DNA of 64,000 nt from Camelus ferus (lineage: Eukaryota): assembly GCF_009834535.1 (NCBI RefSeq), contig NC_045697.1, positions 60,638,001 to 60,702,000 on the forward strand, read 5' to 3'. Shown one piece after another: positions 52,208 to 64,000 of this stretch. A model generated the notes under the pieces. That model was not told the origin of the DNA, ran no database searches, and saw nothing but the letters and a program-made list of their open reading frames with translations. Made by a program: the position numbers and the translations under genes. Each line of letters opens with the position of its first letter. Positions within the stretch are counted from its first letter, which is position 1.

Positions 52208-52519
52208 AATACTTTCTTATACTTGAATATGTCCATCTAATCCTTTTAAAGTTCTTTTTGACTCTACAATTCAGCTAATTTTTTCCTTTCATCTTGGATT
52301 AATAATTTGCTCTTATTTTTTTCATTATAATTTCTTGCACTTTATTTTATTATGATTTTAATGTCTTTATTTTCTTGATCCTTCTATTTTATTTTACTTA
52401 ACAGGGTTCAAGTATACCCTAAATGCCTTAAAAAGAGAAAACCACTTCTAACTAATGTGTAGTTTTTTGGAAATGATTTTTCTTTTCACAAATGACTGCC
52501 CAGAAAGACTTCTAGTCAT

Positions 52520-52996
52520 TATTGCTGCAAAACCAGTCTCTGTACCCTGAAAACCAGACTGAGACTCAGAGGCAGAGTTTTGGGAAAATCAGAAAAGGAC
52601 TGCTTTATTGCTCTGCCAGACAAAGGGGAGTCACAGCGGGCTAGTGCCTTAGAGACTGATTCCATCTCGGGATTGGGGTCCTGAGGTTTTATAGAAAAAC
52701 TGTACGGAACAGAAAAGGTGATAACAATCAGGGCATTTTACAGGGTTTACATTCCTCTTAAACTTGACGAATTTTCCTGGCAACAGGGAGGAACTCCAGA
52801 GGGTCTGTCTATTCTTCTGAGATTACCAGCCCATTACCTTCTTCCCAGAGCACAGCCTCTGGGTTAAAGCTATTCTCGGTGGGGGCTGTTTATCCTGATC
52901 CTTTTCAGCTAAATTTCTGGAATTCATTTAGAAGATATTTGCCTAAGGCTTGAATTCAGACAAAGGTTAAGTGGGGAGGACAGCAGCAAAGAGGCA
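52520..52996 (-). mobile_element. ERV1-class LTR (antisense; right boundary approximate)
   Basis: 'cagaggcagagttttgggaaaatcagaaaaggactgctttattgctctgccagacaaaggggg...cacagcgggctagtgcc' (antisense AATAAA region), 'ggttttatag' (antisense TATA). Confidence 0.7.
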
Positions 52997-53009
52997 TCCA
53001 CTTTACTCT

Positions 53010-53945
53010 TGTGACTCTAGCAGACAGTGAATGGCTCCAGGACTAACAGTTCTGAGAGCCAGTCCCTCATCTTCATATTGCAGCTAAGAATCATGTGTAG
53101 CAGCCAACAGTTGTACCTGTGAGACAGGAAGGGGGCAGGGCACAGCCATTCAAGGAATGCTACAGCAATTAACATCAAAATGGTGAAAGATTCAACCCCC
53201 AGTAGACCTTGAGGCTCAGGATGATGAGAGATTTAACTTCTAGCAGATCTTGACCTTCGTTATATGCTCATTGTAATATATTAACATGGTGAATAACATG
53301 CCCACAGGCACAATGGCAGTCCCAGGGCTAGCAAGGAAAGGTCAAAGAGTGGGAAATGGCCAACTTCCTGGGAATCCCAGCCCCTTCCCCAGGCTACTGA
53401 GACTGGTCCTTCCACCTATTAGCATATGAAGCCACCAAGCCCATAAAAACCAGCAACAAGGCGCCTCAAGGCTCCCCCTCTCTCTCCCTCTTCGGAGATG
53501 GCCTACATTCTGTCTATGGAGTGTGTACCTACTTTTAATCTGAGCACCCAACCCCTACACCTCATGGCCTTTCTCTTGCCTTTCAATGTATCTCTCTGAA
53601 TAAATCTACCTTCACTCACCTGTGGCTCGCTCTTGAACTCTTTCCTGCCCAAGGACCCACACTTGGAAGGGCACGTCCCAGGGGCTCAACCAAGACCTAG
53701 GACACAGCCCTTTTTATGCCCCACATCTGTTTTCCTGCATCACCTGGACAGTTGTGACTGGAAGACCTTTCTGATTACAGTTCTGTTTTGGCTAGTTCTG
53801 TTATATTACAGAAAGCCCATGCAGAATTTGTTCTTCCAATCTTTTAAATGATTTTGTAAAGCATCTCAATCCCAATGGTAGTATCTGTTCTGATTTAAAT
53901 ATGGAGAAGGTTTTCTGTTACCTAGACCTGAGCACTAAATGATAT
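53010..53945 (+). mobile_element. Older ERV-L/MaLR-type LTR interrupted by the 53120-53742 LTR
   Basis: Sequence reads through the cctg TSD; 3' end 'ttttctgttacctagacctgagcactaaatgata' resembles class III LTR termini. Confidence 0.45.
53120..53742 (+). mobile_element. MER41-like ERV1 solo LTR with perfect 4-bp TSD
   Basis: tgagacagg...cctgcatca termini; TSD CCTG (53116-53119 / 53743-53746); 'ctgtctatggagtg', 'aataaa...cttcactcacctgtggctcgctcttgaactctttcctg...ccaaggaccc'. Confidence 0.85.
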
Positions 53946-55152
53946 GGTCACCCACAAGAATACTACTTACTGATTGACATGATCTGATATCATTGTAATG
54001 TTGCTTAAATATAACAGTGCATACAAACTAGACTTCATCTGAAGGACTCCGATAAAAACAATTTCATTGCATTTATAATATCCATAAGCTACAACCAAAG
54101 TACAAAATAAATCCTAAAAATTGTGTTCAAATCCTCCCATTTTTCACATGTAAAAACTGAGTCTTAAAAAGTTTATGTGATTTGCAGAAACAAATTTTGA
54201 ATAGTCAAAGGAATTTAGTTAGAATATTTAACAGCTCTTTTCTTTACATTTAAAAAATAATTATAGGATGAAAGATCAAGTCAGGTAAGGAGGAAGAATG
54301 GGAAAGTGCAAAAGGACCCTTACCCGGGGACTTTCTTTCTTTTGAAGGATTTTCTCAGATATGTTAAAAACAATGCCTACCTATTCACCTTGGTAAGAAA
54401 TTAGTCACACAGTAGTTACTAGCTAAATTTAAAAATCTGAAGGAAAAAATAAATAAATTCACACTAAAGTGTTCAAAAATTACACTGTCTCTAGTCTCTG
54501 CAAAAATCCTCTTCCCACATGTCCTCCTCCTCTTTTTCCTATTTTCTAACTTCTCCCTTCTTAAGGTGTTATTTTGCCCAAGTTATTTTTCTTTAATTTA
54601 TTTTCAGGGGAATAATCATTTCTAAATTAAGGCCTTTATCAAAAGCACCAGCATGCACTTTAATACTGAGCAAATGTATAAGAACTTCTCTATACCAAGA
54701 AAGTAGGTACCCTGTACATAATGTAAATATAGTCTTATTTCCTTCTTTCACAAGCTCAGAAGACATATACAGAGCAAGCTACATGAAGACATGAAAGGAT
54801 CAATAACATTACACTGAATTCTAAAAGAATTATAGAAGACTGACATGCATCAATTGGTGAGAAAGCAATACATGAAGAAGCCAATACATTAACATCTGTG
54901 TTCAGGCAAGTATTCACTCAGCACATATCTGTATATAGTCACTACCTTGGCCTTTATGTTTTATAGAGAAGGAGGGCAGGGCATATCAGAGAGAAGTTAT
55001 TAATTTTTAAATGTATGGAGGTCTGATAACATATCCCTCAAAAGTATCTGTATTCTTTATGGAAAGATACACAGAAAGAATTTTCTTCTTTTAAATATTT
55101 TACTTTCTTCTAACCACTTTATATTGCACAGACTCTCTAGTCTGTGTGATTA

Positions 55153-55211
55153 TCTGTATTTAAATGTAAATTTGGTTTCTGTATTTAAATGTAAATTTGG
55201 TTTCTGTATTT
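55153..55211. repeat. Perfect 25-bp tandem duplication (~2.4 copies)
   Basis: tctgtatttaaatgtaaatttggtt x2 + tctgtattt. Confidence 0.95.
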
Positions 55212-57256
55212 GTGTTAAATTTTCTGATATGTATCAACATCCATTCTGACACCTCCCTCTCATATCTGTTTTATCTTATATTATACTGTAGAGTAGGTTT
55301 CCTTTTACTTTAAAAAAATTTAAAATTTGGCCATAAAATTAACATTTTTATATTTTCTTAATATAATAAGAGTATCATATATAAGACTCTCTGTGACTTT
55401 TTCTTCTATCTTATTGAATGGTTATGTTTAAGAGGCTTCATATGTTATCATCTCTAAAAAAAAACCTCAAACCTTCTGGTAATCTAATTTGACTTGAATA
55501 ATGTTACATGATAAGTATTTAATTAGTTACAAATATTTACAGCTACGTGAGCCCTATCTTTTTTCCCCAGAGTCAGCAATGATGTTACCGAGAAATAATA
55601 CAGGGTAAGAAAATGCATCCTCATTAAATACCCTCATAAATACTCCCACACATAAACGCATCAACAAAATCAACCAAAACTATACTGAGCACAGACTATA
55701 CTATACTGGCAACAAATCTAGCACACAGAATGCCACTCTTACTGTTCAGGAGTGAATCAGAAACCATAGTAAAACCAGCTTATTATTTCAAATACAAATA
55801 AATACTGTATTCAGCCTTCCTTCGAGAATTTGATTTGAGTTATACAGATACTTTCAGTGTAGCACCCTTCAGGAAGGTAGACAAGAAATACAACTATACT
55901 CTGCGTAGAGTGTGGCAGGGGCACAAACAAGAATATCCATATTTTCAGAAAGAAATGACTACTTACATACGTAATAGCTTAAGTTCTGTATGGATAAACT
56001 CTCTACTACACACAGTGATTCATTTGATATAAAACACTGGTGAATTCTCAGAAACTCTATCAGTGACTGATGTTGCATTTGTGATCTGGCAGAATCAATT
56101 AATCTCATATCTTGTTAAAGCTAATACAGGAGAAGGGAGAAAAAGCACCTTTCCTAGCAAACATCGGTACTTACTGAGAAGAGAGAAGCCTTATATATTT
56201 CATGAGTCTTCAGTTTCGACTCTTCCAGTGCATTTTCTAACCAGAGGTTAAGCCATTTTAAGTCAGTGTATGAAAAATAAACCCTTTCTTTTTGAGGATA
56301 TATTTTCAAATTTTAAAAATTTCAGGTTACCTTTTAGAATTATTTACTATTCTCTTAATGTTAGTCAATCATTTATCACTATGCATCACAACCTAAGTCT
56401 AAAATATTGATAAGATCCATGCTTTATGACCAATGCAAGTATTTACAGGAAGAAATCAAACCACCAATGACTAAGGCTCTACTACACGCTGAGAGTTTGT
56501 ATACAGAGTGTGAAAATTATGACTGGAAAGCAGTCTTGGAATCAGCATATTCTGGTACGGTAATACATCTCTTTATATCAATTTCTACCATATATATCAT
56601 CTTCACCATCGAACACAAACCCCTCAGAAGCATGACAGCACCTGACACAACCAGGAAATTTGTGCTAGAATAACAAAACTGCATTGATAAATAAGCTTTC
56701 CAATTTAGTGACTTCTCAATTTTTATAGTTTTTTTTATATCTTTTCTGACAGTAAACCTAGTGTTGCATAATTAAAAACATTAAACCGCATTGGCTGATA
56801 TGCCTTTGAAAGATATTCAATTAGAACTTTACAGAGTTTCTGAGCAAAGAAAAAAAATGTGATGCTATGGCATATTTTCAATGTGTATGGTTTCCAAACA
56901 TTTGATGAAAAGTGGTCAGAATGTTCAAGACTAGTAGATATGAACCATTGTAACACTGGCAAATTACAAAGTAAACTTTCATGGAATTTAAGGTCAAGTG
57001 GTTTTGCCTGCCTCATTTGTTCTCTTTTTCTCCCCTTTTGTTTTCCTCCTACTTTCCTTTGAAAGTAGGGTTCAGACATTTGACTTAATTTTGCAGTAGT
57101 GAATTCTATTATACCCTCTTTTGTTTCACCAAAGCAATAAAAATTATGATACATCAAGAAAATATATCAGTCATGGAGAAATATAAAAAGTGTTTAGCTC
57201 ATAAAAGAGTAGAACAGAATTCCTCTGTTGCTGTGGCCATGCTCAGAGCTCAATTA

Positions 57257-57336
57257 GATGATGATGATGATGATGGTGATGATGGTGGTCATGGTGGTCA
57301 TGGTGGTGATGGTGGTGATGATGGTGATGATGATGA
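57257..57336. repeat. Compound (GAT/GGT/CAT)n trinucleotide repeat
   Basis: gatgatgatgatgatgatggtgatgatggtggtcatggtggtcatggtggtgatggtggtgatgatggtgatgatgatga. Confidence 0.95.
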
Positions 57337-57549
57337 AACCAGCAGGAGGTGGAGGAACACCTATTTTAAAAAATGCCAGGGATCACCCTAGCAGCATTAG
57401 CCACATTTTTCTTTAAAAAAGCAGTTTTAATAAAAACCCTATAAGGAAGGTAATTTCATGATGCTCTCCATTATCTGTTCAGAATTTTGTGAGGGAATTT
57501 TTTGAGGAGAAATGATAGAAAGCATTTTAAAACTGTGGTGAACTTAACA

Positions 57550-57690
57550 TTCTTTCTGTTTATTCACCTATTTTACATTATTACTGAATGCCGACTATGC
57601 ACCACGTATTGTATTCAGCACTGAGGATACAGCAGGTAACAAAACAAACAAAATTTTTTCTCATATCTAACTTACATTTCAGTGAAAAAA
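57550..57690 (-). mobile_element. L2 3' end
   Basis: 'ttactgaatgccgactatgcacca...cactgaggatacagcaggtaacaaaaca...cttacatttcagtg'. Confidence 0.75.
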
Positions 57691-57719
57691 AAAAAAAAAA
57701 TGAAAAGGCAAACAAGTAA

Positions 57720-58733
57720 ACCAGCTACATAAGGAGCCAGGCTTTATCTTTAGATAGACAGTTGATTCTAGATCCTGGGTAGGTAAAATTCAAGATAAGC
57801 CTGTAATATTTTATACTGTCAGAATATAAGGAAGTTCTAAACAAACCAACAGACAAAAAAAAACAAACAAAATAAACCCACCATTGATGGGAGTATGTAT
57901 GTCAAAGGGACTCAGGAGCCAGCCTGAAAGAGCTCCAAAGGTGGGAACAATTGCAGCAATAAAATTACAGCATCTTATAACCCAAAGAATAAAATAAATA
58001 TTCATGGTTTTAACAATATAAGTAAATGATTGAATAAATATAAAAAATGGAGGAGAAGAGACATGTTTTCCTTATAAAAGAATTTGAAAAATCTAAATAT
58101 AGATAGATCATCTCCCCTTCAGGAGGTGGGGTTTAATTTCCCTCCCCTTGAGTGTGGGCAGGATATAAAGTTGGATGGAGTGCAGAAAGGGAAAAATAAT
58201 GACATTACAATGAAGACATATATGTGAGTAACCACATTCACCAAGTGTTCAAGGTTAATGTCATCAGTGGTAAGCCTTATCATGGATCCCTGATACAATG
58301 TGACAGAAGCACTCTACCTCTATGGTGTTCTTCCCCCAAATCCCATATCCCTAGTCTGATCATGAGAAAACAAACAAACCCAAACTGAAGGGCATTATCA
58401 AAAAATACCTGACCAAATCTTTCCAAAGGATGATGGTCATGAAAAACAGGATATTAATCAGAGGTGGAAAGGACTAAGGAGATATGATATCTAGAAGTGC
58501 CATGGTATCCTGGACTGGATCCTAGGACAGAAAGAAGGATATTAGTGGAAATACTAGAGAAATCTGAATAAAATCTATTGTTTAGTTAATAATATTGTAC
58601 TAAAGTGAAACTTGTAATTTTGACAAATGAAACTTCAATATGAATGATGCTAATACCTGAGGAAGAGGGGTGAAATCTCTACTACCTTTGCAACTTTTCT
58701 GTAAACCTTAAATTATTCCAAAATAAAAATGTT
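57720..58733 (+). mobile_element. L1MC3/L1MD-like 3' UTR
   Basis: 'tatgtcaaagggactcaggagccagcctgaaagagc', 'cccttgagtgtgggcagga', 'ggtatcctggactggatcctaggacagaaa', 'ttgcaacttttctgtaaac...ttccaaaataaaaa'. Confidence 0.85.
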
Positions 58734-59559
58734 TTGCTTATTTTTAAGTGAACTATATATCACTCATATACATGCCATGTATATGTCATATATATGACAA
58801 CTGTTGTGAAGTTAAGTGAAACTGAAGAGAATACTAGGAAATGAAATGCTTGGTCACAAGGGCCCTCAGTGAGAAGGTGACACTGATGAGGATGACAAAA
58901 AGAAGATAATATCCATCTATATTTTGACACTTGACTTTTAAAATAATAATAAAATAGTTTGGTCACTCTAAAATAATTTTTTAAAGAAGTCTGGTCTGAA
59001 ATTATGTCCTTTACTTTCTGAACTCACACTACATACATAAAACTATTACAATGGAAAGAGGCATTTATCTTTAAAATAGTAAGACTGAGACTAATGAAAC
59101 AATAAGTCATCTGGCATAAATATGGATTAAAAGGGCTTGTCATCTGAGTTCTGGCTGTTTCAAAGCTTTACATATTTATTCAATGGTCTTTTGAGACATC
59201 TGATATTAGTATATGTTAGAAAGAGTAGTTACTGAATATAAGAATAGTCACAGTTAAGTGCTGGGTAGCATCTCATTGAATTAAACTGACTTGCCGGTAA
59301 TTACAATTGTCTTATTTTGGTCCCAGTGGCTATTTTTAACTTTTTTTGTATTAACTGGTTATCAATTGTTTGATTAAATAATTTTGCATATATTCTTGTC
59401 ACAGCTATCTTGCAGTGCTGTATTTATAGGCAGATTTTGTATTATGCCAGAAGCAATGAAACCTAAATTGAAGTATTCTTACTCATTTTAAGTCCCTACT
59501 TAATTATAATTCTAAATAATAACCATGAATTGAAAAAAAGTCCTTTCACTCAAAAATTA

Positions 59560-60795
59560 CATATCTTCAACAAATGATGCCAAGACAACCAGATAACCAT
59601 ATAAAAAAGAATGAAGTTGAACCCTTACCTCAGTCTACATGCAAAAATTTACTCAAAATAAATAACATACATAACAAACTAAAACTATAAAACTATTAGA
59701 AGATAACATTTGGGTGAACCTTTATGTCCTCAGGTTGGACAATGGATTCTTAGCTCTGATACCAAGAGCACAAATAACAAACAAATAAATTGAAATTTAT
59801 ATAAAGAAAATAAACTTTTGTGTATGAAACCGTATTACCAAGAGAGTTGAAAGGAAGCTGTAGAATGAGGAAAATATCCTAAATCACACATCTGATAAGA
59901 ATTTAGTATCCAGAACATACAAAGAACTTTTACAACTCAACACCAAAAAGACAAAAGACCCAGTAAAAAAAAAAAATGGGCAAAGAATTTGAATAGACAT
60001 TTCTTCTAAGTTCATATACAATTGCCCAACATTCACGTGAAAAGATATTTCTAAAGAAATGCATCTCTAAACCACAATGAGATGTCACTTCATACACACT
60101 AGAATAGCTATTATTTTTCTAAAAAAAGGAAAATAATAAGTGTTGTTGAAGATATAGAGAAATAATTACATTAGTAGTGGGAATGTAAAAGGTGCAATAA
60201 ATGTGGCAAATGATGGTTCCTCAAAAAGCTAACTATAGATAATGTTTAAACACTAACCCAACAATTTCACTCCTAGGCAAATATTCAAAAGAAATTAAAA
60301 CAGGTATACACTCAAATAAACAGTTGCTCATGAATGTTTATAGCAGCAATAGGCACATTAATCAACAGGTAGAAACAACCCAAATATCAATGGATGAGTG
60401 GATAATAAGTTGTGGTACTTCCAAATAATGGAATATTATTCACCTATAAAAACAAGAGAAGTACTGATACATGCTACAACTTGGGTAAACCTAAAAAACA
60501 TGCTAAGAGAAGAAGCCAGAAACAAATGACCACAAATTGTATAGTTTCTTTTATATAAAATATCAAAAATAGGTAAACCTATATATACAGCAGATTAGTG
60601 GTTAATAGAGGATTAGGGGAAGGGTGACAGGACTGATTGAATAAATGGTATGGGGAGTTCAACTGAGATAATAAAATATTTTGAAGACAGAGGCAGTGTT
60701 TGCATTAACATTGTATATGCAAATCAATATAACTAAATTGTACAATTTAAAATGGTTAATTTTATGTTATGTGAATTTCCAACTCAGTAAAAATG
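59560..60795 (+). mobile_element. L1 (L1MB-like) ORF2 3' part and 3' UTR, decayed
   Basis: 'tcttcaacaaatgatgc', 'aatgggcaaagaatttgaatagacatttc', 'accacaatgagat', 'aatggttaattttatgttatgtgaattt'. Confidence 0.9.
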
Positions 60796-62707
60796 TTAGA
60801 GGTCTTAAAGTATGATTCCGAGTTGTCATTTTATTTTTTGATATTTGAAAAACAATCATCTTTCAATTAGAAATATGATCTGCATAATTTAGAAATAATA
60901 GCTAATATTCTTAGAAAGTAATGACATATAAAATACTTTCAATGATCAATTTAAAAGTTGAACTCTGCATTGAGACTATTTTTAATAGCTCAATTTTAAA
61001 ATTTGTGCAGAATATTTATCTCAGTATTGATCATTGAAATCTATTCAGTCTAAAGACACTATCTTAAGTCTTTCTTTTCTGATGCCACTCAAAATAGAAA
61101 TGAGCTTTCAGGGAACAAAATCTGTGTACAACAGATGCATCTCTGTGCTGTCAACACATATTGAGTGTCAATGAACAAGCTGACTTGTGCCACACACGAA
61201 GAATTCAGCCCCAGATAAGAGAGAAGATAAGGTGCACAGAACCAACACAGCCAGCAAGCACTTGCCTCTAACTCATCCAGATGAGTTTCCTCAGGAGCAC
61301 TTACCGTGTCTCACGACTGTTAGAAATGGACACTACTACAGAGCCTAAGGATTAGGAAGCACTTACTAATATTTGTTAGACAAATTGATTACAATGAGTT
61401 TCAGGGAAGGATGCTAATAGATGGCAAGAAGTTCCCTAGCCACTTAACAGAATGTAGGGGTATGGAATTAGAGGATATGGCCCTCTGCCATGGGTTTAAT
61501 CATTCCTTTGGTTTATCTGATATTTATGGAACCTACTCTAGAAAATATTTTTCTCTTTTCTCCCATTTTGAATCTCTTTTATGAGGTACTAATATATTTG
61601 CCTGCATCCTCTGTACTGATACCAACAATCACTTGAGATGTCTCTGCTGGGTACCACTGCCACATTTGCTGGTACCACTTCATCTTATGTTCTAGACATA
61701 TCCAAGGCACATGTTTTATGGAAAAGTGTGAAGATGCCTCCATTTGAGTGTTATACTGTTTTCCATTGTGTCATAATCAGCTCTTAAGGGCTTCAATGTC
61801 TTAAAGAGATTTTACTGTTACAATCTTTCCCTTTCAATCATACCATCCCCCTAACTACTTCTCTCTTTCTTTGCCATAGGACCTGGGGAACTAGACTGGA
61901 GAAAAGTTCTAGTGACAAATAGAACATTAAAGTGAAAATTTCCCTCCTGTGTGACCCCTAAGTCTTTGTTTCAAATATGACTGTGCTGATTAATACCTAT
62001 TCTTAATGAGAGGCTTTTCAGTGTCTCATACTAACAGGTTTTTCAGGGCCAAATGCACCCTTTTCAATAATGGCAAGGTTTAGGACCAAGGTTCCCTTAG
62101 CTTTCCTCCTAATTCAGCACAGAAATAAAGATAACACTTGACCAGAGAATCCTGTAAATATAATTTCCCAGTAGTTTCAATATATCAAGTACTTCTGAGG
62201 ATTTTCTTGTAAAATTATTTTAGAAACAGGGATCTCTCATCAGATCCAATCCATTATTTTTAGTGTGAATGATTAAGACTATTAAGAGAACCTCAGTAAC
62301 AAAAGGAATAAAAAAGAAAGGAAATAAAACAAAGCTACTGATTTGCAACATGCATTAAGGGATAAAAAGGACTGAGATATTGTACAATATGTAAAAAGTA
62401 GCTGAAAGAAAGAAAGGAGCAGCCATAAAGTCTGAAAAATATGTAGAGATTTTTAAGACACACACACACATACAAAGGACAAGAAGTTAGTATCTTATGA
62501 GAGTCCCAAACTTAGCTCAACTTGATGGTGAACTATTTTCTACTCTTGCATGACAACTTGAGGATTACAAAAATTTTCAATAGTGATAGGAATAATTTTA
62601 AACTTGACATTTTATCAAATCATTTATTTCAAAAGCACCTCTAAAACTAGTATTTGTCCTTTCTCAGTATCCCAATCTCCAAACTTTAATATAAGCTCTG
62701 TCTAGGA

Positions 62708-63064
62708 TGTCAGAGATTCAGATTACTCTCATTATGCATTGTCCATTTTTTATTTTTGGTAAAGTCTACATTACCCATCTTCTTTGTAGCAAGATTCAGC
62801 CATGTGATTTAGTTCTGATCAACGATATGAAATCATGTGTGCAATTTTCAGGTTATTCCTTCAAAAAGAAAGAAGCATGCCAGATGTAAGATTCAGCAAG
62901 CAAAAAATAAGAGAACACCTTTCCCCAGCACCCTGGAGATGCCAGGTCTACTCTGACCTTTTCAGACGTTCTTATAAGAGAGAGAAATAATCTTCTGTCT
63001 TGTTCGCCATTGTTTCTCTTGGGTCTTTTGTTGCAATCATTAAGCCTGTATTCTAACTAATACT
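62708..63064 (+). mobile_element. Old MaLR LTR (MLT1J/K-like)
   Basis: 'cagccatgtgatttagttctgatcaa', 'gagagagaaataatcttctgtcttgtt...gccattg', ends 'ctaactaatac'. Confidence 0.7.
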
Positions 63065-63699
63065 TGAGATCATAGCTAGGTAACTATTTTTTGGATAGTC
63101 TTCAAAATTTAGTTTCTGAAATTAAAGAGTCCATAACTATTACAAAAAATTATCTTTATTTAAGAAATTTGCCACTTCAGTTTCCTAGAAATAAAGCAAC
63201 TGCTTTATTTTGTTTTTGGAAAAGTGAGTGCAGATCTGAATATAAATGCTGAATGTTGGATTATTATCTATAAATTCAAATTATAGCTAGGTAGATGGTG
63301 AGACATAACAGTCTGTGCCAATGAAGAATGTTAAAAACACTGGTACCCAGGAAGCATTATTTAAGGGTAAATAATCCAAACATAAGAAGAATTCCCCTTG
63401 TGATAGGGAAGGCAGAGTTCTTCCCCTGTAGTTAGCGTATTTATCTTCAAAAAATTAACTTTGTCCATAAGCTTGGGCTTTGGATTCAGGTGAATGACAG
63501 GAAGGACCTGTTTTCTGCTACTGAAGGGCTCTTTACTGCAGTATGAAGGCCCTGGAATTTCTATCTTCATTAGGAAAGTAAGGCGCCCTGGAGATAGAAT
63601 TTAAAATGTATGACTCTAAATACAACCATTGCACATAATTCTCTAATTTACTCTCCATGCTATATTTCTAGTTTATCTTAAGGTATTCAATAAAGCTTT

Positions 63700-64000
63700 G
63701 TGAAACACTAGCTTGGTTTCAGAGAAATTTTGGAGAGTTGAGGATCACCTGTGTTTGTGCTTAAAGAAAAAATGATACTGAGCTGGTAATCAGCTTGAAG
63801 ATATGAGAATGTAAAGATGGATCTATAAAGTTCTTGAATAAGCAAAATTTACAGTATCAAGAGTGCACAGAGTTGTGTAAAATAGATAACGTGTAAAATA
63901 GATACTTGAGACTGCCTGGAAGAACTTGAGGGAGAAAAATGACAGGAAAAAGATTCGTTCTTCTGGAAAATTGAGACAAGAACAAGGGAAGAAAGAACAA
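63700..64000 (-). mobile_element. L2 fragment
   Basis: 'atggatctataaag...aatttacagtatca...ttgagactgcctggaagaac...ggaaaattgagacaag'. Confidence 0.45.

Noticed and set aside
56407..57391. Cluster of 67-140 aa ORFs
   Set aside because: No recognisable domain or supportable splice structure; they overlap L2/MIR remnants and a simple repeat.

Overview
AT-rich, gene-poor mammalian (eutherian) genomic DNA. Two copies of a tRNA-derived Vic-1-like SINE and the absence of Alu/B1/BovB/Bov-tA/PRE1/SINEC point to a camelid (alpaca/llama/camel); this is an inference. No protein-coding exon, RNA gene or CpG island can be supported, and the long ORFs in the track are L1/LTR-derived or compositional noise. 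The window is a mosaic of interspersed repeats: L1 (old L1M and younger lineage-type copies), L2, MIR, MaLR/ERV-L/ERV1 LTRs, decayed ERV-L protease and pol fragments, DNA-transposon relics (MER8/Tigger3, MER20, MER5, MER81) and microsatellites. Most notable structures: (1) a ~360 bp TSD-flanked L1 in which the 5' UTR start is joined directly to the 3' UTR at an AG preceded, in an unspliced relative in this window, by TACTAAC, making it a candidate spliced non-autonomous L1; (2) two 5'-inverted (twin-primed) L1 insertions; (3) an old local duplication of an MLT1D LTR plus unique flank that appears to have been pasted into an ERV-L pol relic; (4) a nested LTR cluster including a MER41-like LTR with a STAT-type motif. 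Family names come from recalled consensus similarity, not from a search, and most boundaries are approximate unless a TSD is given.
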